A stretch of DNA of 64,000 nucleotides from Minisyncoccia bacterium (GCA_038230075.1 JBBRNV010000002.1:62215-126214); one strand, 5' to 3'; shown: positions 29,805 to 39,936, counted from the stretch's first letter. Notes: generated by a model from the letters alone, not told the origin. Made by a program: numbers and translations.

Positions 29805-30569
29805 ATGCATTCATCAGATTTAAAATCCTCTCTTTCAACCTCATCTCTCTCAAAACATTTTGGAGGTATTAAGGCTGTAAACAACGCCTCTCTTTCATTT
29901 GAAGCTGGTAAAATTACAGGGGTGATTGGTCCGAATGGTTCTGGAAAGTCTACACTCATCAACTTACTATCAGGAATGACTCCTTTTGATCGTGGTCATC
30001 TTATTCTTCTTGGAAAAGAAAAAATTTCTAAACTTGCTCCTGACGAAGCACCTGACATTGGTATTACTCGAACCTTTCAAGAGGTGAGACTATTTGAACA
30101 AATGACCGTGCTCGATAATATTTTGGTTGTTGTGACTGAAAAAGATTGGAGTAGTGCTCTCTTTGAAAATCATTCTGCCTATCATCTTACTCTTGCTGAA
30201 GAAGCTTTAAAGAAAGTTGGCATGCAACACTTCGCTCATAAAAATGCAGCAGAACTTTCATACGGTCAGCGAAAACTAATTGAAATTGCTCGAGTACTTG
30301 CTATGAAGTCTGTTGGAAAGGCGAATATCTTTTTTTTCGATGAGCCATTTGCTGGGCTCTTTCCTGAAATGGTTAAGGTGGTTGTTTCGGTAATGAAAGA
30401 ATTACGAGACGAAGGATATACTCTTGTTTTGGTTGAACATAATATGGATCTCATTCGAGAATTGTCAGATACTGTAATTGTGATGGATTCAGGCGAAGTT
30501 CTTGCTACAGGTCTTCCTCATGAAGTACTTGCTCGAAAAGAGGTGATAGAAGCGTATTTGGGGGAATAG
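29805..30569 (+). CDS. livG: Branched-chain amino acid ABC ATPase
   Basis: GPNGSGKST, RTFQ, LSYGQ, DEP, VEH, EAYLG. Confidence 0.92.
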   Translation: MHSSDLKSSLSTSSLSKHFGGIKAVNNASLSFEAGKITGVIGPNGSGKSTLINLLSGMTPFDRGHLILLGKEKISKLAPDEAPDIGITRTFQEVRLFEQMTVLDNILVVVTEKDWSSALFENHSAYHLTLAEEALKKVGMQHFAHKNAAELSYGQRKLIEIARVLAMKSVGKANIFFFDEPFAGLFPEMVKVVVSVMKELRDEGYTLVLVEHNMDLIRELSDTVIVMDSGEVLATGLPHEVLARKEVIEAYLGE

Positions 30570-30602
30570 TTCAAGTATTACTCTTGGGATATAATTGACA
30601 CA

Positions 30603-31331
30603 ATGTCATCTCAACCAACTATTCTCAAAGTAACAGACGCTCATGTTCACTACGGGGGAGTTAAAGCTCTCGATGGTGCATCAATTGAAATTAAACAAGG
30701 AGAGTTGGTGGCGTTGATGGGTCCAAATGGTGCTGGAAAATCGACTATTTTAAAAGCCGCTTTTGGATTAGCTCCACTTTCACATGGTCATATTGAAGTT
30801 CGAGGAGAACGTGTTCATCCTTTGCCTCACACGATGGTTCCTCGAGGGGTGGCGTTTGTTCCTCAGGGAAAGCGGGTGTTTGGAAGATTAACAGTTCGAG
30901 AAAATCTTGAACTTGGAGGTGTTGGTCTTCGAGATCGAGGTCTTTTGAATGAAAGAATCGAAGATGTGCTTACTCTTTTTCCTGCACTTCGGCCGAAACT
31001 TATACAGCGCTCAGGAGAGCTTTCGGGAGGGCAGCAGCAAATGGTTGCACTTGCTCGGGGGCTTATTACTGCACCAGACCTTCTTTTTCTTGATGAACCA
31101 TCACTCGGTCTTGCGCCAAAAGTAGTAAAAGAAGTATTTGAAAAAATTAAAGAAATTAATAAAATCAGAGGAATGGCAATCGTTGTTGTTGAACATAACT
31201 TAAAGTCACTTCTTCCGTTAGTTGATCGTGCATATGTGCTTGATAAAGGAAAGATTATTAAAGAGGGAAATGCAGACGAGATTATTAACAGTAATATTTT
31301 CCAGAAAGTTTTTTTGGGAGCATTGGAATAA
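30603..31331 (+). CDS. livF: Branched-chain amino acid ABC ATPase
   Basis: GPNGAGKST, LSGGQQQM, LDEPSLGLAP. Confidence 0.92.
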   Translation: MSSQPTILKVTDAHVHYGGVKALDGASIEIKQGELVALMGPNGAGKSTILKAAFGLAPLSHGHIEVRGERVHPLPHTMVPRGVAFVPQGKRVFGRLTVRENLELGGVGLRDRGLLNERIEDVLTLFPALRPKLIQRSGELSGGQQQMVALARGLITAPDLLFLDEPSLGLAPKVVKEVFEKIKEINKIRGMAIVVVEHNLKSLLPLVDRAYVLDKGKIIKEGNADEIINSNIFQKVFLGALE

Positions 31332-31334
31332 TAT

Positions 31335-32261
31335 ATGAGCGAACACCAATACGGAGAACAATCAGCGCATGAAAGAAGTCAAATACGAGTAGAAGAAATG
31401 CTGCTTCAATTGAGTGCTTTTGATGAACAACTAAAACGTTTCAATGCTGCGTTAGGTTACGTACATGCCTACCTGCTTAGTATTTCAGAAGTTGTACAGA
31501 GTCTTCCTCCAGAATTTTGCGTAGAAGAAAGAGACCATCTTAAAGGTAGTCTGCTTCCACTATATGAAGAGTCAAAACTAAAAGCCGAATTAGATCTGTT
31601 AGATAGTTCTGCTTTGGTTGTTGTTAAGCTGCTGCAACAAATGAAAGAGTTGGGGATTCTTGTTCCTGAATCAGTTGATCTCGAAGTTCCAAGTGAAAAG
31701 CTAGAGATGATGATGGCTACTCTTTCGGGTGTTTACCCGTTCATTAAAAATATGTATACCCATAAAGATTTGTTTATTCTTGAAAAGAATCACACAACAG
31801 ATTTTTTGGAACAAATGGAGGAGGTGCTTCGTGTTACTCATTTATATTTTGCGACAGAAGAAATCGACAAGACATTACATCCTTCATTCCTCTCTTTTCA
31901 AAGGATGGCTAATCTGTTGCCGTTTATCTTGGTTAAAGCTGGTCATCAGCCTGTAGCGGTGTTGTCTGACATTGCTCGTGCAAATGATGAAGAATATAAA
32001 AAGATAATCGAACGACAAAAATTAAGAAATCACCTAGAATTCAATATAGGATTATTGAGAGGAATTGTTGTGTTGCCGCTTGATAACCGCGACAGAGCTT
32101 ACAATGTTTCGACAACACTTGAGAATGTCATGAAAACGATCGCTCTCATTGAACCTCAACTACATGAATATACCGACGAAGGTAGAAAACAGATTGAAGA
32201 TTTGATTAATGAAGTAAAAATTTATCGTGCCAATGAAGCGTCTGGCGTTTCTGAAAAGTAG
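31335..32261 (+). CDS. Hypothetical alpha-helical protein
   Basis: 308-aa ORF, L/E-rich, no recognised motif. Confidence 0.7.
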   Translation: MSEHQYGEQSAHERSQIRVEEMLLQLSAFDEQLKRFNAALGYVHAYLLSISEVVQSLPPEFCVEERDHLKGSLLPLYEESKLKAELDLLDSSALVVVKLLQQMKELGILVPESVDLEVPSEKLEMMMATLSGVYPFIKNMYTHKDLFILEKNHTTDFLEQMEEVLRVTHLYFATEEIDKTLHPSFLSFQRMANLLPFILVKAGHQPVAVLSDIARANDEEYKKIIERQKLRNHLEFNIGLLRGIVVLPLDNRDRAYNVSTTLENVMKTIALIEPQLHEYTDEGRKQIEDLINEVKIYRANEASGVSEK

Positions 32262-32300
32262 TATCTTGGTAACCACTCGAAATTTCTGTACAATAGAACA

Positions 32301-33668
32301 ATGGCTAAACAACTGAAACTGACATTTTGCGGAGGAGTGAGTACAGTAACGGGTGCCAACTTTCTTTTAGAAAGCGATACAACAAAAATATTAATTGATT
32401 GCGGATTAGAACAGGGTGGAAAGAGTGCCGATATCTTTAATCGAAAAGCATTATTGTATAATCCTGCAGATATTGATTTTCTTCTTATTACCCATGCTCA
32501 CCTTGATCACATTGGAAGAATTCCACTTCTCATAAAAAAGGGTTTTAAAGGAGTTATTTACTCAACACCTGAAACAAAAGAGTTAGCTTTTCCCATGCTT
32601 GAAGATAGTGTTCGACTCTTGTCTCAAGAAGCTGTTAAAGAAGGCCTCACTCCTTTATATGATGAAAAAGATGTGCAAGCCTCATTTGGTTTGTGGAAAA
32701 CAATTCCATATCGAACAAAAACTAATATCACTCCAGAATTCACCTTATTTCTAAAAGACGCAGGTCACGTACTTGGTTCATCAATGTATGAAATTACGTA
32801 CAATGAAAAGAAAATTGTTTTTACAGGAGATTTAGGAAATACTCCAACTCCATTGTTGAAAGATACCGAAGATATTACTGATGCAAATTATATGGTGATG
32901 GAAAGTGTGTATGGAGATCGAAATCATGAATCACGAGATGAACGACGAGATAAATTAGAAAATGTTATTGAAGACACAATTAAAAAGAAGGGAGTTTTAA
33001 TGATTCCTACCTTTTCTCTTGAAAAAACTCAAGTAGTTATTTATGAACTTAGTCGATTGGTGCAAGAGGGAAGAATTCCCGCAGTTCCAGTGTACATTGA
33101 TTCACCACTTGCTATTAAAATCACCGATATTTATCGACGACGAGCAAACGACTTCAACGCAGAAGCACAAGCAGAGTTAAAAAAAGTACACGATTTATTT
33201 AATTTTCCTTTGCTTCATATAACTGAAACCTCAGAAGAATCAAAGGCCATTAAGCATTCCCCAAGTCCAAAAATCATTATTGCTGGTTCTGGAATGTCGA
33301 ATGGAGGGCGAATTACACACCATGAAATTAATTATTTACCTGATGCCAACAACACCCTTCTTCTTATTGGATATCAATCTGCGGGAACTATTGGAAGACA
33401 AATTCATGATGGAGTAAAATCAATTAATATTTTTGGGCAAATTGTTCCAATCCGAGCTCGAGTTGTTTCAATAGACGGATATTCTTCGCATAAAGATTCA
33501 GATCATCTTGTGTTATTTGTTGAAAAAAGTATCGACACGCTACAAAAAGTATTTGTGACGATGGGAGAACCACGATCTGCTTTATTTTTAGTACAAAAGC
33601 TTCGCGACAATTTAGGAATCAATGCATTTCATCCAGATGAAGGAGAAAGTATAATGCTAGATTTTTAA
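32301..33668 (+). CDS. MBL-fold beta-CASP metallo-hydrolase (RNA-processing nuclease family)
   Basis: THAHLDHIG, AGHVLGS, FTGDLG, MESVYG, SGMSNGGR, YSSH. Confidence 0.92.
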   Translation: MAKQLKLTFCGGVSTVTGANFLLESDTTKILIDCGLEQGGKSADIFNRKALLYNPADIDFLLITHAHLDHIGRIPLLIKKGFKGVIYSTPETKELAFPMLEDSVRLLSQEAVKEGLTPLYDEKDVQASFGLWKTIPYRTKTNITPEFTLFLKDAGHVLGSSMYEITYNEKKIVFTGDLGNTPTPLLKDTEDITDANYMVMESVYGDRNHESRDERRDKLENVIEDTIKKKGVLMIPTFSLEKTQVVIYELSRLVQEGRIPAVPVYIDSPLAIKITDIYRRRANDFNAEAQAELKKVHDLFNFPLLHITETSEESKAIKHSPSPKIIIAGSGMSNGGRITHHEINYLPDANNTLLLIGYQSAGTIGRQIHDGVKSINIFGQIVPIRARVVSIDGYSSHKDSDHLVLFVEKSIDTLQKVFVTMGEPRSALFLVQKLRDNLGINAFHPDEGESIMLDF

Positions 33669-33688
33669 ATGTACGTTATAATGTGCAC

Positions 33689-34327
33689 ATGTCTCACCTC
33701 GATATTCGTCATCATAAACAAAATAGAATAAAACTTTGTGTCTCAGGCGCAGCAGAAATGGGATTCTTGGGTCCACAAGATTATGAAATAGCAAAAGAGT
33801 TAGGAAGAGAAATTGTTCGACAAGGAGCAGTTCTTACCACAGGAGCAACAACTGGTTTTCCTCTTTGGGCAGCGATGGGTTGTAAAGAAGAAGGGGGAGT
33901 ATCTATTGGAATGTCACCAGCTTCGACTGAACGAGAACATATCGAAGTATATCGACTTCCTGTCGACTATATGGATCTCATCATGTATACAGGTTTTGGA
34001 TATGTTGGAAGAGATCTTCTTCTAACTCGATCTTCAGATGCTGTGCTTATTGGTCCAGGAAGAATTGGTACAATTCACGAATTTACCGTTGCTTATGAAG
34101 ATGGGAAGCCAATTGGTATACTTGAAGGAGATTGGGAAACCGACAAAGTCATTAAAATGATTATCGACAAGAGTCACCGTATTAATACAAAGATCGTTTT
34201 CGACAAAGATCCTAAGGCTCTTGTCCAAAAAGTCATTGCCATGGTAAAAGTAGATACCAACGTTCACAATTACGTAAGAACAAATGATGATCGAATCGGA
34301 GGAACGCTTGGAGAAAAAATCTTATAA
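33689..34327 (+). CDS. LOG/DprA-like Rossmann-fold nucleotide-binding protein
   Basis: TGATTG, IGMSP, GPGRIGTIHEF; ATG 33689 lies 6 nt after TATAAT. Confidence 0.8.
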   Translation: MSHLDIRHHKQNRIKLCVSGAAEMGFLGPQDYEIAKELGREIVRQGAVLTTGATTGFPLWAAMGCKEEGGVSIGMSPASTEREHIEVYRLPVDYMDLIMYTGFGYVGRDLLLTRSSDAVLIGPGRIGTIHEFTVAYEDGKPIGILEGDWETDKVIKMIIDKSHRINTKIVFDKDPKALVQKVIAMVKVDTNVHNYVRTNDDRIGGTLGEKIL

Positions 34328-34350
34328 ATTATTAGTTAAGTTAGATCTAT

Positions 34351-35136
34351 ATGGAATCATCAAATAAATCAAAAGCGGCTATTCTTGTTATTCTCGGAGT
34401 AGTGGTGCTTGTGGGGCTTAGTATTTTAGTCTCAGTTCGAAGTAGCAAAAGTACAGAGAAGAATGAATATCAAGATGCAGAAAGCTTACAACAACGACAA
34501 AATAATGCAGCTGATATTGTTACTACATCTTCAACGACAACCGTAAGTAAACCAGCTTCTGTATCTAATGTTTCATTCGGGCCTCTCGAACAAGCACCGG
34601 CGCCTCAACAAGTAACATCAAATGCTTCAGTTGATCAAGGATACTCAGCTGGCGTGCACGTTATGGCAGACATTGAAGGAAATTCAGTACAAGAAGCGTT
34701 GGTTGGATTTGAACGAAACAATTCAGGTACTTCAAATCTTCCACAAACACGTTTGATTGTTGTAAGTAGTTATCAGTCAAAAACTCCAAGTATTATCTAT
34801 AGGCAAGATCTTCCAGAAGGAACTTCCGCAACAAGTACATTCAGTATTATTGATCTGAACGGAGATGCTAAACAAGAAGTTCTTGTTACACAGATATATA
34901 CAGCAGGAAATATTCCTTACAAACAAGCATTTCTTGCTCTTGGAGCAGACGGAAAGATTCATGATTACTTAACATCATCACAGATTAAACCAACAGGATT
35001 CGCTTATGTTGAAAATGGAAGATTGAAAACACAAGAGTCAATTGCAGCAAAACCAAATATGTATAAAATTTCTACCTATTCATTCGATGGTACAAACTTT
35101 GCACTTGTATCTTGGGAAGAGAAGGCGGGAAAGTAA
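34351..35136 (+). CDS. Membrane-anchored extracellular protein with S/T linker and DxNGD motif
   Basis: N-terminal TM helix; DLNGDAKQEVLV. Confidence 0.75.
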   Translation: MESSNKSKAAILVILGVVVLVGLSILVSVRSSKSTEKNEYQDAESLQQRQNNAADIVTTSSTTTVSKPASVSNVSFGPLEQAPAPQQVTSNASVDQGYSAGVHVMADIEGNSVQEALVGFERNNSGTSNLPQTRLIVVSSYQSKTPSIIYRQDLPEGTSATSTFSIIDLNGDAKQEVLVTQIYTAGNIPYKQAFLALGADGKIHDYLTSSQIKPTGFAYVENGRLKTQESIAAKPNMYKISTYSFDGTNFALVSWEEKAGK

Positions 35137-35230
35137 ATAACAAAATAAATACAAAAGACTTTCTTCAGCGTCCTCGTCCTTACGGACTGCGAATGCTTCA
35201 GAAAGTCTTTTGTATTTATTTTGTTATTTA
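35134..35230. terminator. Bidirectional terminator, perfect 31-bp inverted repeat with 35-nt GC-rich loop
   Basis: 35134-35164 is the exact reverse complement of 35200-35230; lies between convergent genes. Confidence 0.85.
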
Positions 35231-35574
35231 ACAACCACCTTTTTTACAACCGCTTCGAAAGCAAGGGGAGAAACCTTTGCGATTTCTGTGAGAACTTTTC
35301 GGTCAAGAGTAACATTGGCTTTCTTTAAAGCATCGATGAATCTACTGTATGAAATATTGAAAGGCTTGAGGGCGGCTGAAAGACGAGTGTTCCAAAGAGC
35401 TCGCATATCATTCTTTTTATCTTTTCGGTGAGCGAAGGCGTATGTTCCTGCATGGAAAATAGCTTCGTTAGCCTGTCGTTCCTTTTTTGATCGTCCAAAA
35501 CGATATCCCTTAACTTGCTTTAAGATATTTCGTCGTGACTTTAATGATTGTGTTCCTCTTTTTACTCGTGTCAT
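35224..35574 (-). CDS. rplT: 50S ribosomal protein L20
   Basis: MTRVKRG, RALW, SYSRFI, LDRKVL. Confidence 0.97.
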   Translation of the reverse strand: MTRVKRGTQSLKSRRNILKQVKGYRFGRSKKERQANEAIFHAGTYAFAHRKDKKNDMRALWNTRLSAALKPFNISYSRFIDALKKANVTLDRKVLTEIAKVSPLAFEAVVKKVVVK

Positions 35575-35598
35575 GGTATTTTTGTTAGCGTAAAATTA

Positions 35599-35793
35599 TT
35601 AGATAGTAGAGTTCGACAAGAATCGAGACTTTGATTTGTTGCTGATATCAAAACTAACACCTCGCTTTTTTCCAAGCTGATTTCGTCGTCGTGATTCTTT
35701 AGAGTTGAAGTGGTTCTGTCCTGCTTTTCGAGCAGTGATTTTACCATTCTTACTAACCTTTAATCGTTTTGAATATGACTTGTTTGTTTTCAT
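35599..35793 (-). CDS. rpmI: 50S ribosomal protein L35
   Basis: MKTNKSYSKRLKVSKNGKI; infC-rpmI-rplT order. Confidence 0.92.
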   Translation of the reverse strand: MKTNKSYSKRLKVSKNGKITARKAGQNHFNSKESRRRNQLGKKRGVSFDISNKSKSRFLSNSTI

Positions 35794-35803
35794 TGGTGTT
35801 GTT

Positions 35804-36328
35804 TTATGAAGCTCTTTCGATGAGGACGCTTAATCCTTTTGGACTCTTTCTTGGTTCATCAGCGATCTTGTATTCTTCGGTGATGAGCTTAAGAATTCGA
35901 TCAAGACGTTCCTTGAGAAAATTGACATCAAGATACTTGGTTCGGCCGGGGAGAAAGAGGTCGATCTTGATTCGGTGGCGTTCTTTTAGCCATTCTGAAG
36001 CTTTTTTAGCTTTGAGAGCAAGATCGTGTTCTCCTGTACCAACTTTTATCTGTAATGTTTTGACTTCAACAGTCTGAGCTTTGGCTTTTGCCTGCTTCTG
36101 TTTCTTGTTTTGATCGTACTGGAATTTACCATAATCCATGATTTTTGCAACCACGGGGACGGCATTTGGAGAGATTTCGATCAGGTCAGTTCCAAGCTCC
36201 TGAGCCTTTGCTAGGGCCTCCTGGAGGCTTAAAAGACCGAAATTCTCTCCTTCAGGACCGATAACTCGAACCTGAGTTGCCTTAATTTGATGATTTACTC
36301 GTACGAATGTCGACAATGTCTTGATAAT
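35804..36328 (-). CDS. infC: Translation initiation factor IF-3 (probable ATT start)
   Basis: AKIMDYGKFQY, HDLALK; no ATG, in-frame ATT/ATC just after an upstream stop. Confidence 0.93.
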   Translation of the reverse strand: MIKTLSTFVRVNHQIKATQVRVIGPEGENFGLLSLQEALAKAQELGTDLIEISPNAVPVVAKIMDYGKFQYDQNKKQKQAKAKAQTVEVKTLQIKVGTGEHDLALKAKKASEWLKERHRIKIDLFLPGRTKYLDVNFLKERLDRILKLITEEYKIADEPRKSPKGLSVLIERAS

Positions 36329-36387
36329 TACTCAATAATAGATGAGTACTATAGCATAAATATCCTAAAAGGTATATCTTTTGAGCC

Positions 36388-37077
36388 TTATATTGCCTTT
36401 AGTCCTGAGCCGCTTTCCTTGAGTAAGTCGTCGATTCTGCCGTAATCATCCCACGCTAGAATTTTCCAACCGTGACTTTTGTTTTTATAAACGCTTTTGT
36501 CGAACTGACAAAGAGTGATTGAGCAATTGTGTACTGGATTTAGAAATGAAAGTCTGACCAATTCTTCAGAGGTGATGTTGTCACCAAATTCTATGTATAG
36601 TGCAACCATTCGTATGAAGATGCCATGTGATACACACATGATAGAAGATTCGGTTCGTTCGCTTAAAAATGTTAGTAATTGTTTTGCTCGGTTTTTGAGG
36701 TCTTCAAAATTTTCTTCGTCGGAATAACGAGAGCTATTGGTGTGAAAACTTTTGTCGATCAAATCGATAATCTTTTTTACTTCTGGATCGTTTCCGCTTT
36801 TACCGATAATTACTGAAGGATTTCGTCTTTCTGTTAACAAGTCACAAATTTCAAGAGGTTTTACTAATTGTTGGTTAATAATATCAGCAGTTTCTCGTGT
36901 TCTTTCAAAAGGGCTGACTAAAATACTATCAATAGGTATTTGTTGAAATCGTTCACCAACAAAAGCTGCTTGTTTTCTTCCAAGTTCACTAAGTTTTCCG
37001 ATAGGACCTTGTCGAACATTAAGGGCGTTGTTCTCACTTTCGCCGTGTCGTATAAAATAAACGCGCTTTGACTTCAT
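36388..37077 (-). CDS. Histidine phosphatase (phosphoglycerate mutase) family protein
   Basis: YFIRHGES, SPFERTRET, VSHG. Confidence 0.9.
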   Translation of the reverse strand: MKSKRVYFIRHGESENNALNVRQGPIGKLSELGRKQAAFVGERFQQIPIDSILVSPFERTRETADIINQQLVKPLEICDLLTERRNPSVIIGKSGNDPEVKKIIDLIDKSFHTNSSRYSDEENFEDLKNRAKQLLTFLSERTESSIMCVSHGIFIRMVALYIEFGDNITSEELVRLSFLNPVHNCSITLCQFDKSVYKNKSHGWKILAWDDYGRIDDLLKESGSGLKAI

Positions 37078-37106
37078 AAGGGGGTTGAGTAAAGTATACT
37101 ACATAT

Positions 37107-38378
37107 ATGAAATTACGACTTAGAGATAAGCATCTAGAAAGCATTATTATAAGCCTTATCAGTGGTTTTGTGGGTGCTTTGATTTGTCTCTTCGTTCTTG
37201 TTTTTGGTCTCTGGTACACAAAATTAGGTCCCAAATTTTTAGGTCAAGGAATCATAAACACTGCTTCAATGCCGTCGGTTATAACTCATTCTGAACACGA
37301 TTCAGAAGTCATTTCTGCGGTTAATAAAGCGATGCCTGCAGTTGTCTCAATCTCGATAAGTCAGAATGTTGCTGTTGATCAATATCAATCAGATGTTCCT
37401 AGTGGTAATGGGATGAACGACTACATGCAAAATTTGTTTGAGCAGTTGTTTGGTCAGAAGTATCAAGCTCCAACACAGCAGCAAGAACAAGGGAGTCAGA
37501 ATCAACAAACTAAAAAGTTAGAAGTTGGTGGTGGTTCAGGATTCTTTGTTACATCAGATGGATTATTGATCACCAATAAACATGTTGTTGATCTCGAAGG
37601 TGCTGAGTACACAGTTATTACTAGTGAAGGAAAGAAATATCCAGCAAAAGTAGTCGCCCGAGATCCTGTTCTTGACCTTGCTGTTCTTAAGGTTGAAGGA
37701 AAGAATTTTCCAACTCTTTCATTTGCAGACTCATCTACACTTCAGGTAGGACAAACAGCGATCGCTATCGGAAATTCTCTCGGACAAAAAAATACTGTCT
37801 CAGTTGGTGTCATCTCAGGATTAGGAAGAAGTATTGTTGCAGCAGATCAACAAGGATATGAAAATCTTGATGAAGTCGTTCAAACAGACGCTGCAATTAA
37901 TCCTGGAAATTCAGGAGGACCACTTCTTGATCTTGATGGAAATGTTGTCGGTATAAATGTTGCTATTGTCGATGGTTCTCAAAGTGTTGGTTTTGCCCTT
38001 CAATCAAATAGTGTAAGAGGGGTTGTTGAATCGGTAGAACAACATGGAACCATTGTTCGACCATACTTAGGAGTTCGATATGTTGAAATAACTGACGAAA
38101 GCAAAGCTCGAAACAAACTCCCTGTAAATTATGGTGCACTTGTTCTACGAGGAGACACGCAAGATGATTTTGCTGTTGTTCCAGGCTCTCCAGCTGACAA
38201 AGCGGGAATTGTAGAAAATGATATAATTCTTGAGGTTGATGGCGTCACGATCGACTCTGAACACCGCCTCACCTCTATCGTAAATTCACATAAAATTGAT
38301 GATATATTGAACCTCACTGTGCTTCATCGAGGAGACCAGATACATGTTCGAGTTAGACTTGAAGCAATTCCTCAATAA
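37107..38378 (+). CDS. htrA: HtrA/DegP-like membrane-anchored serine protease with PDZ domain
   Basis: GSGF, TNKHVV, DLAVLK, QTDAAINPGNSGGPL, PDZ. Confidence 0.93.
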   Translation: MKLRLRDKHLESIIISLISGFVGALICLFVLVFGLWYTKLGPKFLGQGIINTASMPSVITHSEHDSEVISAVNKAMPAVVSISISQNVAVDQYQSDVPSGNGMNDYMQNLFEQLFGQKYQAPTQQQEQGSQNQQTKKLEVGGGSGFFVTSDGLLITNKHVVDLEGAEYTVITSEGKKYPAKVVARDPVLDLAVLKVEGKNFPTLSFADSSTLQVGQTAIAIGNSLGQKNTVSVGVISGLGRSIVAADQQGYENLDEVVQTDAAINPGNSGGPLLDLDGNVVGINVAIVDGSQSVGFALQSNSVRGVVESVEQHGTIVRPYLGVRYVEITDESKARNKLPVNYGALVLRGDTQDDFAVVPGSPADKAGIVENDIILEVDGVTIDSEHRLTSIVNSHKIDDILNLTVLHRGDQIHVRVRLEAIPQ

Positions 38379-38382
38379 ATTT

Positions 38383-39018
38383 ATGGCAATTCCACAAAAT
38401 GTTCCGCAGCACACAGGACTAAACTCTCTCACTGTTTTATTTGTGAGACGACTAACTCCTGTTATCTTTGTTCTCTTTTTCTTAGCAGTTGTCGCGGCGT
38501 TACTTAACTATCTTCCTAATATTGAAACATTCTTTAACTTAACTCCTCGTGCTTACCAAATTGTCTACGGAATCATTAGTTTCTTTTTCTTAATAGCAGC
38601 TGCAGCTTCTCTTGTTGCTATCTTCTTCGTTTTTCTTTTTACCATCATTCAGTATTACTTCTACACATTCATTCTTGGAGATTTTAGTTTTAACATCATT
38701 AAAGGAATTTTCTTTAGAGAAGATACCTCTATTTCATACCGTCAGATTCGAAATGTTGATCTTGAGCAGCCACTTCTGTTTATTCTCCTCAAGGTTTCTA
38801 AGATGACTATCTTAATGTTGAGTAATGCTCCAGATGCAATCTCAAATGGGGGAGTTCGATCAGTTGAAATCATTCTCGATGCCAATCTTGCAGAAGAGTT
38901 GCAAGATATTTTAGTTCGTCGTTCAAATGTGAGTGAGGTTATAGAATTGCCAGCAAATACGCCACGAATTGTCGGAAATCCTGTTAGTCCTTTAGATTCA
39001 GCACCGCCTGTTATATAA
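38383..39018 (+). CDS. Membrane protein with bacterial PH (bPH_2)-like domain
   Basis: Two TM helices then KGIF...ISYRQIRNVDLEQ. Confidence 0.7.
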   Translation: MAIPQNVPQHTGLNSLTVLFVRRLTPVIFVLFFLAVVAALLNYLPNIETFFNLTPRAYQIVYGIISFFFLIAAAASLVAIFFVFLFTIIQYYFYTFILGDFSFNIIKGIFFREDTSISYRQIRNVDLEQPLLFILLKVSKMTILMLSNAPDAISNGGVRSVEIILDANLAEELQDILVRRSNVSEVIELPANTPRIVGNPVSPLDSAPPVI

Positions 39019-39023
39019 TATTT

Positions 39024-39332
39024 ATGACTATGAAAAAGATTGGTTTATTTTTCGTTTCTTTCATTATTATCTTCGCATTTTCTTCTGTTAATCAGAATGT
39101 GGTATATGCAGCAACAAAAGCTCATGTACTTAGTGTAAAGACTGTTACATCTTCAACGCCAACCACTCTTACAAAACCAAAGACTATAGTTCAAAAAAAG
39201 GCTAACACAAAAAGCAAAATAGTCGTCAAGCAAAAATCTAAGGTGGTAAAGAAGAAGATGGTCAAGCCAAAACACTCGAGTAAGTTACTCACTGCTCCAC
39301 TTTTAACTCCTGAAACGGCACCTCATAATTAA
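39024..39332 (+). CDS. Secreted Lys-rich small protein
   Basis: Signal peptide ending VYA, K/T-rich mature part. Confidence 0.65.
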   Translation: MTMKKIGLFFVSFIIIFAFSSVNQNVVYAATKAHVLSVKTVTSSTPTTLTKPKTIVQKKANTKSKIVVKQKSKVVKKKMVKPKHSSKLLTAPLLTPETAPHN

Positions 39333-39338
39333 TACCAC

Positions 39339-39698
39339 ATGAACAAATATTTTCTTTTCGCAATTATTGTTTTGAGCTTAATCTTTGTTGGTAAAACATT
39401 TGCTCAAAATACTCGACCTGCCACCTGTAGAAAAGAAGCTCAGGTTAATTATGAGCATAGTCGTACAGAAGCTATAAAAATAAGAGATGAGGCTTTTAAA
39501 AATGCGAAAGGTGCGCGAAACGATGGAATTGAGTCGGCAAAGAAAGTACACAACCGCTCTCAAACTCTAGGAGCGCTTGAAGATGTAAGAAAAGTTTTTC
39601 GAAACGCTGAAAGCCAAGCTTTTGTGAACTATAAAAATACACTAAAAGATATAAAAACAAAATATGCTGATGCACGAAAAGATTGCATCAACAAATAG
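39339..39698 (+). CDS. Secreted helical protein with one Cys pair
   Basis: Signal peptide ending TFA; Cys near both ends. Confidence 0.7.
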   Translation: MNKYFLFAIIVLSLIFVGKTFAQNTRPATCRKEAQVNYEHSRTEAIKIRDEAFKNAKGARNDGIESAKKVHNRSQTLGALEDVRKVFRNAESQAFVNYKNTLKDIKTKYADARKDCINK

Positions 39699-39750
39699 TA
39701 AGGTTTAGGTCTTATTTGTCGAGTTCATCATTTCGATTATACTTAATTAT

Positions 39751-39936
39751 ATGACAAAGAATTTTATTGGTGTTTTGTTCTCACTTCTCATTCTATTCGT
39801 TATTTACGCTGGATTTCCAGATTCAATACGATCTATTCTTTTAATTATTGTAGCCGTTGTACAAATGTTCATTTTCGCACTTTTTGAGACAATCAGAGTT
39901 AAACAAGAAAGAGAGAGAGAGAAAGAATTAGATTAA
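39751..39936 (+). CDS. Small two-TM membrane protein
   Basis: 61 aa; ATG 7 nt after TATACT. Confidence 0.65.
   Translation: MTKNFIGVLFSLLILFVIYAGFPDSIRSILLIIVAVVQMFIFALFETIRVKQEREREKELD

Noticed and set aside
39911-39922. (GA)6 microsatellite as a phase-variation site
   Set aside because: Encodes the ERERE tail in the last codons of a small gene; slippage would have little effect
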